Notes: a model not told the origin generated them from the sequence alone. A stretch of 32,000 nt of DNA from Faecalibaculum rodentium (GCF_001564455.1 NZ_CP011391.1:2160001-2192000); one strand, 5' to 3'. Numbered from the stretch's first letter, positions 17,313-25,714 are shown. Made by a program: numbers and translations.

Positions 17313-17338
17313 AAAAAAAAGGAAGTTGCGAACTTCCT
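17313..17338 (-). terminator. Intrinsic terminator ending the cas3 / mini-CRISPR transcription unit
   Basis: The minus strand reads AGGAAGTT-CGC-AACTTCCT followed by a further seven T (an 8-T run counting the stem's last T; plus-strand A-run 17313-17320). Confidence 0.8.
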
Positions 17339-17411
17339 AAACCCTGCAAGTGCAGGGATAAGTGGCAACTTCCGTTATTTTACGGATCACCCCGGCTAGT
17401 GCTGGGATATA
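17335..17411 (-). ncRNA. Cre-like mini-CRISPR: degenerate repeat, 21-nt pseudo-spacer, degenerate repeat
   Basis: On the minus strand, psiR-A (17411-17384) is TATATCCCAGCACTAGCCGGGGTGATCC. It matches the array repeat at 22/28, and the last 10 nt are identical. The psi-spacer (17383-17363) is GTAAAATAACGGAAGTTGCCA. psiR-B (17362-17335) is CTTATCCCTGCACTTGCAGGGTTTAGGA. It matches at 17/28, with a perfect 6-bp stem kept by a compensatory C-to-T / G-to-A pair. Confidence 0.65.
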
Positions 17412-17443
17412 AGGGCTGCCTGCAGCCATTATATCCCAGCACT
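17398..17443. repeat. 15-bp perfect inverted repeat (AGTGCTGGGATATAA / TTATATCCCAGCACT) with a palindromic loop, overlapping psiR-A
   Basis: The arms are 17398-17412 and 17429-17443. The loop contains GGCTGC-ct-GCAGCC. It lies 18 nt downstream of the cas3 stop. Confidence 0.85.
17428..17433 (-). promoter_or_regulatory. Perfect TATAAT -10 box upstream of the mini-CRISPR (candidate promoter; weak -35)
   Basis: The minus strand reads GGGATATAATGG, 17 nt upstream of psiR-A. Only poor -35 candidates exist (TGAATT at 17-nt spacing, TTGCCG at 13-nt spacing). Confidence 0.3.
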
Positions 17444-17460
17444 GATCGGCAATTCAGTGA

Positions 17461-20223
17461 TTACCGAATCTTCCGGCTTTCCAGTCCAAACTCAGTTGAA
17501 TAATGAAGATTGAATCCAGCCAGTTCAGCGTCGCCTTTCTCATTTATAACCAGAATCAGTCTGTCTTTCATAATCGGGTTGTCCATCCATAGAGGAAATC
17601 TGTTCTTTGTTGTCTGTTCCAGTTCTGTTTCGGCAGCTTCGTAAGGAATTGATATCGGCAGTGAAATTACTTCCTTCAGCAGTGTCTGCACCTCCCGGAA
17701 GCTCAGCTTTTGATCTGATTTCAAAAGCATGTGTTCATCGTCTACAGGCCGGAATGCACCTGCCTTCTCTCCCTTTAGCAAAATACAACTGATGCTGGGT
17801 TTAATGTCCCTCACCGTTGCCAGTCCCCGTTCTTCCGATGTTTTTGCGTTTGAAATTTTCAGGCCATTGATTCCATGGTCCATACGCAGTTTCTTATATG
17901 GAGGAGCAAGAATGGCTATTTCTGCCTTATCTTCTTTTCCCTTCTCTTCATTCAGATAATTATGATATTTATCCTGTTCTTCCTGTAGCTGGTCAGACTC
18001 GTCTGCATCCTTATAGACAGCATTCACCAGTCTCGGAATATCCTCAGGAATATCAATACTCTGCGGCAGATGTTTTTCGGTCTGATACTGCAACCAGTCG
18101 CTATATACCGCAGAAACAGATCTGTCTGTTTTTTTATCTCCTGGGATAAGCACATGACAGACCGGCTCTTCCAGATTTTTAGGGCGAACCCTGTCTTTGT
18201 GTCGATGCAAACGTCCAATTCGCTGCAGCAGCAGGTCCATTGGAGAGAGTTCTGTGATCATCAGATCAAAGTCCACATCCAGAGACTGTTCAATGACCTG
18301 TGTTCCCACAATCACCAGCCTGTCCCTGATTTTTTGTCTGGATTCGGCTGTCCCCTTTCCTGCGAGAGACAGAACCTCCTTTTCTACTTTGGCTCTGCCT
18401 AGCGAAGTAAATCTGGAATGAAACGGGATGATCTGCCACCCAGGAAGTGCCTTCTGAAGGTAATGAGCCAGCTCCTGTGCTTTTTTAACAGTATTGACGA
18501 TGATACCTGCAACTCCTCCATCACCAAGTTGCTCCTCAAGAATGCTGTATACTTTCTGCTCTCCATCTTCTGTTGATAAGATTTTTTCTTTTATAATCGT
18601 GACCTTTTGCCCCTTTCCCTCCAGAATAAGGGACCTGCAGTCTATTTCTTTCCCATCTGTCCATGTAAAGAGTGGATAACCGGCAACTGTCGTCCATCCC
18701 GGATTCCCTTCCTCCTGATATTTCTTGCCGAAACGCCCTCTTTGGTAAGCCAGTATAAGATTTATCCGACGGGATTGAGGCAAAGTAGCTGACAGTAAAA
18801 TGACCGGGGCATGGTAGCTGCCCAGCCACTCCAGCATTCTTTCGAGATACATATTCATGTAGGCATCATAGGCATGAACTTCATCTATAATTACAGTCTT
18901 GCCGGCGATTCCGGCATGCCGTAACATCACATGTCGCTGGTTCAGGGCTGTCATTAATCCCTGATCCACTGTTCCGACCACAAAGTCCGACATCATCCCT
19001 ACTTTGCGGCCCTGCATCCAGTCGTGAACAATCAGCGAAGATTCATCATTTTTTTCATCTTCATTCAGTCTGGCTGTTCCATGGGGGATCTTTCTATACT
19101 TTTCATTGAATGCTGCCATTCCATGAGCCAGCTTCAAACTTTGCTTTCCACCTTGGGATACCTCTGCAGCCCATTCCTCAAATCGGGGAAACAGTCCATT
19201 GGAAGTAGCCTGAGTTGGAAGTCCAAAATAAATCCCTCCACTTCCTCTTTTGTCAGCATACACATCTGCAGCAGCAAGAGACGCTTCGGTCTTTCCGACA
19301 CCCATCTGGGCTTCGATCACAAGTATCCCGGGATCAGAGCAGCTGGTAACAATCTGAATCAGTTCTGCCTGTACAGGATTCGGAGAGAATCCAAACATCC
19401 CCTTAAAGACCTCGCAAGACATTTCTGCTCCATGCTTATGCCATGCATTGGTAAGAGCCAGATCATTCCATGCCTTCTCAATTCTGTCTGGATAGATATC
19501 TTCTCCTGGGTTTTCACTGACGGGGATCAGCGGAAAATAGTCTGTATTGGAACTGATCCAGTCTGCTTCCACCAGGATTCCGGACAGCAGCAGCCAGGCG
19601 TTCAGGCTCAAATCTGGTATCTCACTGCGACTGATCCCGCATACCCTGCAGACTGTTTCCACAATTTCCTTCCAGGCATCCTGCCAGAATTCCTTCTCCT
19701 GGAGGGATCCATACATAGCCACCGGGTATTGGCTGATTGTTTCTTTCGCCTTTTGAATGGGCTCTCCTGTAAGGGCATCCTGCGATCTTCCATGATGTCC
19801 GCCCAGGACAGATGCAAATGCTTCTGAAAATCCCAGACTGACAAGAATCAGCAAGCTGGATCGTGAATGATGAAGATAATCGGAGACACCAAATCTCTTG
19901 TATGGTAAGGTGTGCCCCTGAAAACCAGCATATCCTTTAAGCTTTTCCAGAAGCATGGACTGAAACACACAGGTTTCCTTTCCCAGATCATGCAGCATCC
20001 CGCATAAGGCGAAGAGTCTGTACAGTCTGCCACTGTCCACACCCTGCTGTATAAAAAACTCCTTTTCCTGGTCAGAAACCCGGTGTTCATAGAGTTTGAT
20101 CATAATCCCGGCTGTATCTGTCATATGCATCCACAATGGAAGATACTTGTTGCTTTCCTGATCAGCCTTTGCTATCGCTCCCTTGCATGCAGCCTTCAAT
20201 TGATTCAATAATTCCCATTCCAT
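17461..20223 (-). CDS. cas3: Cas3 HD nuclease / SF2 helicase (type I signature protein)
   Basis: HD motifs (MLHDLGK, HHSRSS, GGHHG), helicase Walker A (AQMGVGKTEA) and a DEVH box. The ORF-track GTG at 20232 lies inside the GAGGTG RBS. I place the start at ATG 20223 (MEWELLNQ...). Confidence 0.93.
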   Translation of the reverse strand: MEWELLNQLKAACKGAIAKADQESNKYLPLWMHMTDTAGIMIKLYEHRVSDQEKEFFIQQGVDSGRLYRLFALCGMLHDLGKETCVFQSMLLEKLKGYAGFQGHTLPYKRFGVSDYLHHSRSSLLILVSLGFSEAFASVLGGHHGRSQDALTGEPIQKAKETISQYPVAMYGSLQEKEFWQDAWKEIVETVCRVCGISRSEIPDLSLNAWLLLSGILVEADWISSNTDYFPLIPVSENPGEDIYPDRIEKAWNDLALTNAWHKHGAEMSCEVFKGMFGFSPNPVQAELIQIVTSCSDPGILVIEAQMGVGKTEASLAAADVYADKRGSGGIYFGLPTQATSNGLFPRFEEWAAEVSQGGKQSLKLAHGMAAFNEKYRKIPHGTARLNEDEKNDESSLIVHDWMQGRKVGMMSDFVVGTVDQGLMTALNQRHVMLRHAGIAGKTVIIDEVHAYDAYMNMYLERMLEWLGSYHAPVILLSATLPQSRRINLILAYQRGRFGKKYQEEGNPGWTTVAGYPLFTWTDGKEIDCRSLILEGKGQKVTIIKEKILSTEDGEQKVYSILEEQLGDGGVAGIIVNTVKKAQELAHYLQKALPGWQIIPFHSRFTSLGRAKVEKEVLSLAGKGTAESRQKIRDRLVIVGTQVIEQSLDVDFDLMITELSPMDLLLQRIGRLHRHKDRVRPKNLEEPVCHVLIPGDKKTDRSVSAVYSDWLQYQTEKHLPQSIDIPEDIPRLVNAVYKDADESDQLQEEQDKYHNYLNEEKGKEDKAEIAILAPPYKKLRMDHGINGLKISNAKTSEERGLATVRDIKPSISCILLKGEKAGAFRPVDDEHMLLKSDQKLSFREVQTLLKEVISLPISIPYEAAETELEQTTKNRFPLWMDNPIMKDRLILVINEKGDAELAGFNLHYSTEFGLESRKIR

Positions 20224-20439
20224 TCTGCTCACCTCGTTTACTCAGACTGTAACACCAAAAAGCGCACGTTTTATGTCAGTTACAAAACAAACATCTTTTA
20301 TCACTCATGTGAAGCCCAGGAATATGAACGCTCAGTATATAGGGCGAATATAGAAAATATCTATATCTGAACGTAAAATCGGCACAGAGTCCCCAATCCT
20401 TTCCTGGATGCAGTAGGTCTGCGCCGTTTTTCAGTTTCT

Positions 20440-21433
20440 TCAATTGCTCACGTTTAACGGAATATATCCATATTTCCGCATATCTGCATTATTACGGTTC
20501 TTAGCCTGGCTCAGCAGTAGTAGTCTCTCTTTCACCGTCAGTTCCGAATATCTCAATTTGATGAAGGCCAGCAGAATTACCTGGTTGTACCACATTTTGA
20601 TGGACTCAATTATGGCCTGCTTTCGAATTACCGACATATAGGGTGAGGCCTGAATGATCTGGAAAATCGCCGCCCGATCAATCCTGGGAACAATTTCCAG
20701 AATGGTTCGCTGCAAATCCGGAGTTGGTGCTTCAAAAAACCTGAAGGCTGTCCGCTTCCCGGTTTTCTCACCGTACAATGTTGTGTATATCTATGAATAT
20801 TCCTGTAACCCCCGGCTGACCAATCAGGCCGGCCAGCTCCTCATCACTTTCCAGCGCCAGCAAAGAGAAGCCACAATCATACACAGGTACCGGAAACCGG
20901 ACACCACGATCATCAAGGTCCTTACCCCAGTTCTCAAGATGACGGTCATAATTACCAATCAGATAATCTATAACAAACATATTCCAGTAGTGTTCAACAG
21001 CCTGATGAGTCAGAAATCCATCTCCCAAATCACGCATCATTTCATACAGAATGGAAACAGTCACTTTTGCGGTCTGCCGACTTGAAAAGGGATCTGCAGA
21101 ATGCAGGCACTTCATGGGGTACAGTTCCACCCCATCATTGGCGAAATCGTAACAGGCTGCCAGAGCAACTTCTCTATCTCCATATTGATACGGTGCCAGG
21201 AAGGTTCTCTGTACTGCAATTTCGATACTTTGATGAATATGACAGCCAGCCTATTCAGAAAACCGATTATTCATGTATGGCTGCTGATTCTTCAAATCTC
21301 TGACAGAATCCGGAAGCTCTACCATATACGCAGTCGTTCCAACTGTATATTTACGTTTTCTTTCTGAACCGGCACAATTTCCCCCAGTCCAGCCGACCTG
21401 CCGATAAATCAAGAATCTCGGCTTTGTCTTCAT
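20440..21433 (-). pseudogene. HipA-like Ser/Thr kinase toxin gene, disrupted by an in-frame TAG and at least one frameshift
   Basis: ORFs 21433-21251 and 21130-20768 are in the same frame. They are separated only by TAG at 21253-21251, and the 40 codons between are open. ORF 20778-20440 continues in another frame. The kinase core motif is VIDYLIGNYDRHLENWG...PVYDCGFSL. There is no hipB-like ORF upstream. Confidence 0.7.
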
Positions 21434-21580
21434 CCATGTCCTTCACCCTTTCCTTTCTACTGCTGCGCCAGCCCAGTCCTTTCCTAAAATGCAGCTCTGT
21501 TTCAGATAATTAACCATCTTCAGTTTCATTCACCAGGTCTTGGAAAAACCACCTGTCAGAAAGCAGTCGTATTCTTTTTA

Positions 21581-23344
21581 TCATTCTCTGATGCCCCCAT
21601 CGGCATCCCCGCCAGCATTCTCGAACTGGATCCGACAGTATCGGGCATAGATGCCATTTTTCTTCATAAGCTCTTTATGAGTGCCCCGCTCGGCGATGCC
21701 GCCATCATCAATCACCAGGATCTCATCGGCGTTCTGGATCGTCGACAGGCGATGGGCAATGGTCAGGCAGGTCCGGCCTTTGGCGAGGTCCCGCAGGGAG
21801 CGCTGGATCACGGCTTCGCTTTCGTTGTCGAGAGCCGAAGTCGCCTCGTCGAGGATCAGGATCTTCGGGTCTTTGAGGAAAAGACGGGCAATGGAAATCC
21901 GCTGCTTCTGTCCGCCGGAGAGCCGTGTGCCTTTTTCGCCCACCTGTGTTTCGAGACCATCAGCGAGGGAGTCGATCAGGTCCTGGAGGTTGGCCTTGCG
22001 GACGGCATCCATGATTTCCTCCTCTGTCGCATCCCATTTTCCGTACCGGATGTTGTCCGCAATGGTGCCATCGAAGAGATATACATCCTGCTGGACGACA
22101 CCGATTGCATCCCGCAGGGAATGCAGCTGCAGATCCTTCACATTCTGGCCATCCACCAGCACTTCCCCCGCGGTCGCGTCATAGAAACGGGGGATCAGGC
22201 TGCAGATCGTGGTCTTCCCCGAACCGCTGGGTCCAGCCAGGGCCACGTTGCGGCCGGCAGGGATATCAAAGGAAATGTTCTCGAGAACCGGCACGCCGTC
22301 TTCGTAGGCAAAGGACACGTCGTGGAATGAGACATCGCCTTTGACATCCCGGAGCTCTCCGGCATCCGGTGCGTCCTGGATATCCGGGACCTCCTTCATG
22401 ATTTCCTCAAAGCGGCGGAATCCCGAGAAACCCTTCTGGAACATTTCGGTAAGCTCGATCAGGATCTCCAGGGGTGAGACAAAGACATTGACGTAGAGGA
22501 CAAAGGTTGCGAGTTCGCCGATGGAAATCTCGCCGCGGGCTGCAAGCAGACCGCCTGCCAGGACGATCGTCACGTACAGGAGGCCCTGGAAGAAGTGGTT
22601 CCCGGTGTAGTAGGCACCCATGGCGCGGTAATTGGCTTCCTTGGATTTCAGGTAGTTCTCGTTGGCTTTCCCGAACTTCTGCAGCTCCAGGGGTTCATTT
22701 GCAAAGCTCTGCACGACGCGGATCCCTTCCAGGGAGTCCACCACCGAGGCATTGATACCCGCGACTTTTTTCCGGTTGTCCGCGAATGTGGCTTCCATGC
22801 GTTTGTTCTGGACGGCAGAGAACCATAGCATGACCAGGGTCACGGCCCCCAGGCACAGACCCAGCTGCCAGTTGATGCACAGCATGACGGCGAAGGAGCC
22901 GAGGATCTTGATCAGGGAAATGAACAGATTCTCCGGCCCATGGTGTGCCAGTTCGGAGATGTCGAAGAGGTCCGAGACAATGCGGCTCGTAAGCGTTCCT
23001 GTGTTGGTGCGGTCGTAGAATCCGAAGGACAGCCTCTGGAGCTGTTCAAAGAGATCCCGCCGCATGTCGGTTTCCATCTTCGCACCCATGATGTGGCCCT
23101 GGCAGGTTACGTAGTAGCGACAGGCGGCTTTTACGATGTACATGACGAGCATGGCGGGAATCAGCCAGGTCAGTCCATGGTAAATCGCATCGGGTCCTTC
23201 AAGAAAGAGCGTGCCGGTGCACCAGCCGAAGATCAGGGGAAAGGCGATGTCGACGGCGGAGATCACCGCAGCGCAGAAGAGGTCCAGGAAAAACATTCCT
23301 TTGTAGGGTTTGTAGAAAGAGACAAAATACTTGAATGTCTGCAT
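21581..23344 (-). CDS. ABC transporter, fused permease/ATPase (MsbA/multidrug-exporter type)
   Basis: 587 aa. N-terminal TM domain, Walker A GPSGSGKTT, signature LSGGQKQR, Walker B ILILDEATSALD. A GAGGTG RBS is present. Confidence 0.92.
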   Translation of the reverse strand: MQTFKYFVSFYKPYKGMFFLDLFCAAVISAVDIAFPLIFGWCTGTLFLEGPDAIYHGLTWLIPAMLVMYIVKAACRYYVTCQGHIMGAKMETDMRRDLFEQLQRLSFGFYDRTNTGTLTSRIVSDLFDISELAHHGPENLFISLIKILGSFAVMLCINWQLGLCLGAVTLVMLWFSAVQNKRMEATFADNRKKVAGINASVVDSLEGIRVVQSFANEPLELQKFGKANENYLKSKEANYRAMGAYYTGNHFFQGLLYVTIVLAGGLLAARGEISIGELATFVLYVNVFVSPLEILIELTEMFQKGFSGFRRFEEIMKEVPDIQDAPDAGELRDVKGDVSFHDVSFAYEDGVPVLENISFDIPAGRNVALAGPSGSGKTTICSLIPRFYDATAGEVLVDGQNVKDLQLHSLRDAIGVVQQDVYLFDGTIADNIRYGKWDATEEEIMDAVRKANLQDLIDSLADGLETQVGEKGTRLSGGQKQRISIARLFLKDPKILILDEATSALDNESEAVIQRSLRDLAKGRTCLTIAHRLSTIQNADEILVIDDGGIAERGTHKELMKKNGIYARYCRIQFENAGGDADGGIRE

Positions 23345-23607
23345 AAGTCACCTCGCATACTGATTATAGCCGCCGGAGAGAATCTGTCACGGGGTGTGGC
23401 GGGTGATAAGCGGATGCAGCTGGGCTGCAGGATGCAGAGGGTGAAAGAAAAAGGAGGGACCGGTGTGGATGGAAGGACAGAGTGCCGGTGATTCATGAAA
23501 TCTGTCTTTCCTTACATCGTAAATGTCGGTGGACTCATTATTATAGCGGCATCACAGCATCCAGATTTACAGTTATGGCTGATCGAACCTGAAATATCTC
23601 CTTGAGG

Positions 23608-24783
23608 CTAAACCAGAGTGGCAAGAAATTCTTTATTCATGCTATACCATTTTGCATGTCCCTCTCTTCGTACATTCAGTTTATCCCGATGCTTTTGTAA
23701 AGTCTTGTCAACCCATGACTGACTCATCTGTGTAATTTGTATCATCTGCTTTTTGGAAATCCCATATAGAGAGAAAAGGGAAGCTGCAAGCAGTGTTTCA
23801 AGAAACGTTTTTTCTGCAGGTTTCAAAGAGGCAGCATTCAATTTACTCAAATACTGTTCGTATTTCTCTAATTGTGACTCCAGCTTCACAATTTCATGTT
23901 TTAGTGCAGACTCTAATATTTCCAGAAACATCAGAATAAAAGGTGTAAGATCACCCTTATTCAGCGGATTCTCCGATGCTTCAAAGGCTTTATAGTATTG
24001 CCTTCGATTTTTTCTGAAGCTTAGAGACAACTGTAACGACGAAAGAATGCTTAGTTCTTCTGAAATGAGCATACTGGTTAAAAAACGATTCAGCCGGCCG
24101 TTTCCATCATAAAAGGGATGTATATAACCGAACATAAAGTGAAAAACTGCCGCTCTTACCAAAAATGGATAGTTTTCATTTCGGACAAGTTCCAACGCTT
24201 GTTCCATCATTGAAATGATCATACTCTCTGGCATAATTCCATTGTGAATTGTTCTGGTCCCATCAACCACTCCTACAGTATCTGCTCTGAACACACGTCC
24301 GTCTGGCCTATTCTCCGGATGTTCGCTGACCACATCCTGCAGCAGCATCTCATTATAAAGCTGTCTTACATCCAATGGATTGTCAGGGAACTTGACTTCT
24401 CCAGACAACAATCTGAAATACTGCTCCATCTGGCCAGCAAACCTTGTTCCTGGTTTAGCATTCAATGCATTCTCCAAGTCTCTTCGACTACTGTGCACCC
24501 CTTCTATTTCGTTGCTCTGTTCAATCTCCTGAAAAACTGAATCCATCAAGATTAATGGTTTACAGGGAATTGTTGCTTCCAGGCGTTCCAGCCTGATTTG
24601 CATTTTTCTAATAGAATCGCCCCTGATTATCATTTCCGGAGTAAGGACCGCAAACGCTGGTAATCCCTTGATATCAAAAGAAAACTTCAGTGTATTTTCT
24701 CCATTGAAACGTTCTGTATATTTCTGCTTGAATATACTCTCATTTTCATGAAACAGACTTTTCAGCGTTCTGTATTTGGCCAT
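23608..24783 (-). CDS. Fic family protein (AMPylase-type) with an internal inhibitory motif
   Basis: Fic motif HPFYDGNGRLNR, and an upstream SNEIEG that matches the (S/T)xxxE(G/N) inhibitory helix. The start is placed at ATG 24783, which has a GAGGAG RBS. The ORF-track start at 24804 is 7 codons longer. Confidence 0.88.
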   Translation of the reverse strand: MAKYRTLKSLFHENESIFKQKYTERFNGENTLKFSFDIKGLPAFAVLTPEMIIRGDSIRKMQIRLERLEATIPCKPLILMDSVFQEIEQSNEIEGVHSSRRDLENALNAKPGTRFAGQMEQYFRLLSGEVKFPDNPLDVRQLYNEMLLQDVVSEHPENRPDGRVFRADTVGVVDGTRTIHNGIMPESMIISMMEQALELVRNENYPFLVRAAVFHFMFGYIHPFYDGNGRLNRFLTSMLISEELSILSSLQLSLSFRKNRRQYYKAFEASENPLNKGDLTPFILMFLEILESALKHEIVKLESQLEKYEQYLSKLNAASLKPAEKTFLETLLAASLFSLYGISKKQMIQITQMSQSWVDKTLQKHRDKLNVRREGHAKWYSMNKEFLATLV

Positions 24784-25015
24784 ATCTTCTCCTCTGCATT
24801 CCATACTACCAAGATTGTAAAAAAGCGGATAAAATACAGTGTTTAATCACTAAAGATGTAATTTTAGGCGTTTTTTACAACCTTATTTCCTCTAGTATAT
24901 AAAAACCTTCCATTTTTGATAACTTTTATTGCAGCTTTGCGGACTGTTCCCCGGGCGTATCTCGCAGCGATTCTCCATCTTTTCCGGATAATAAACATGA
25001 AAGAAGGTAGGTCAC

Positions 25016-25666
25016 ATGATCAATATTGTGTTATGGGCAGATCTGCAGTGTCCATTCTGTTACGTCGGCGAAACCAACCTGCAGCATGCCATTGAAGAAC
25101 TGGGTCTCCAGGATCAGGTGCGTCTGGACATCAAGTCCAGGGAGATCCATCGGCCGGAGGATGGAGACGGCGATATGGAGATGTTCGAAATCTTCCAGCA
25201 GAAAGACGGCTTCACTCCCGATGGCGCCAGGGCGCAGATTGAGAAAATCAACACCATGGGCCGGGAAGAAGCCGGGCTGCACTTCGATTTCGGGAAGGTA
25301 CATGAATCCAATGACCACGATGCCCACCGGCTGTACAAACTCGGGCGGGACTGCAACCTGGGGCCTCAGGTTCGCAAAGCCCTGCACGATGCCTATTTCG
25401 TGAACTGCGAAAAACTCGCGGATCCCGAAGTGCTGGTAAAAGCCGGCAAAGCCGCAGGCCTGGAGGAAGACCTCATCCGCCGTATGCTCAAAGAGGGCTG
25501 GTATGAGAATGAAGTTGCCAATGATGAAATGGAATATGACGCGCTCGCCATTGAATCCGTGCCGTATTTCATCGTGGATCAGGAAGTGATTCCGGAACAC
25601 CTGACGAAGGATGAATTCATCAAGGTTCTCCAGAATCATCTGCCTGTCGGACAGACACAGAACTGA
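25016..25666 (+). CDS. DsbA/FrnE-like thiol:disulfide oxidoreductase
   Basis: 216 aa with an N-terminal CPFC active site (WADLQCPFCYVG) and the typical ...VPYFIVD... block. Confidence 0.85.
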   Translation: MINIVLWADLQCPFCYVGETNLQHAIEELGLQDQVRLDIKSREIHRPEDGDGDMEMFEIFQQKDGFTPDGARAQIEKINTMGREEAGLHFDFGKVHESNDHDAHRLYKLGRDCNLGPQVRKALHDAYFVNCEKLADPEVLVKAGKAAGLEEDLIRRMLKEGWYENEVANDEMEYDALAIESVPYFIVDQEVIPEHLTKDEFIKVLQNHLPVGQTQN

Positions 25667-25681
25667 CTGCCGCATGCAGTC

Positions 25682-25714
25682 AAAGGGATGCATCGATCCG
25701 GTGCATCCCTTTTT
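25682..25714 (+). terminator. Rho-independent terminator between convergent genes
   Basis: AAAGGGATGCA-tcgatccgg-TGCATCCCTTT followed by TT. Confidence 0.8.

Noticed and set aside
20370-20393. A 7-nt match to the psi-spacer seed (GTAAAAT, 20373-20379, plus strand) about 140 bp upstream of cas3.
   Set aside because: Only 7 contiguous nt match (11/21 overall). The upstream flank is AAC rather than AA. Several such 7-mers are expected by chance in 64 kb of two-strand sequence. The 17/21 site at 17311-17331 is far better.
21251-21253. The in-frame TAG in the hipA-like gene, considered as a recoded (for example pyrrolysine or read-through) codon.
   Set aside because: A frameshift further downstream also disrupts the gene, and nothing else in the window suggests TAG reassignment (TAG terminates ftsX, the transposase gene and the 5580 gene). 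A pseudogene is the simpler reading.
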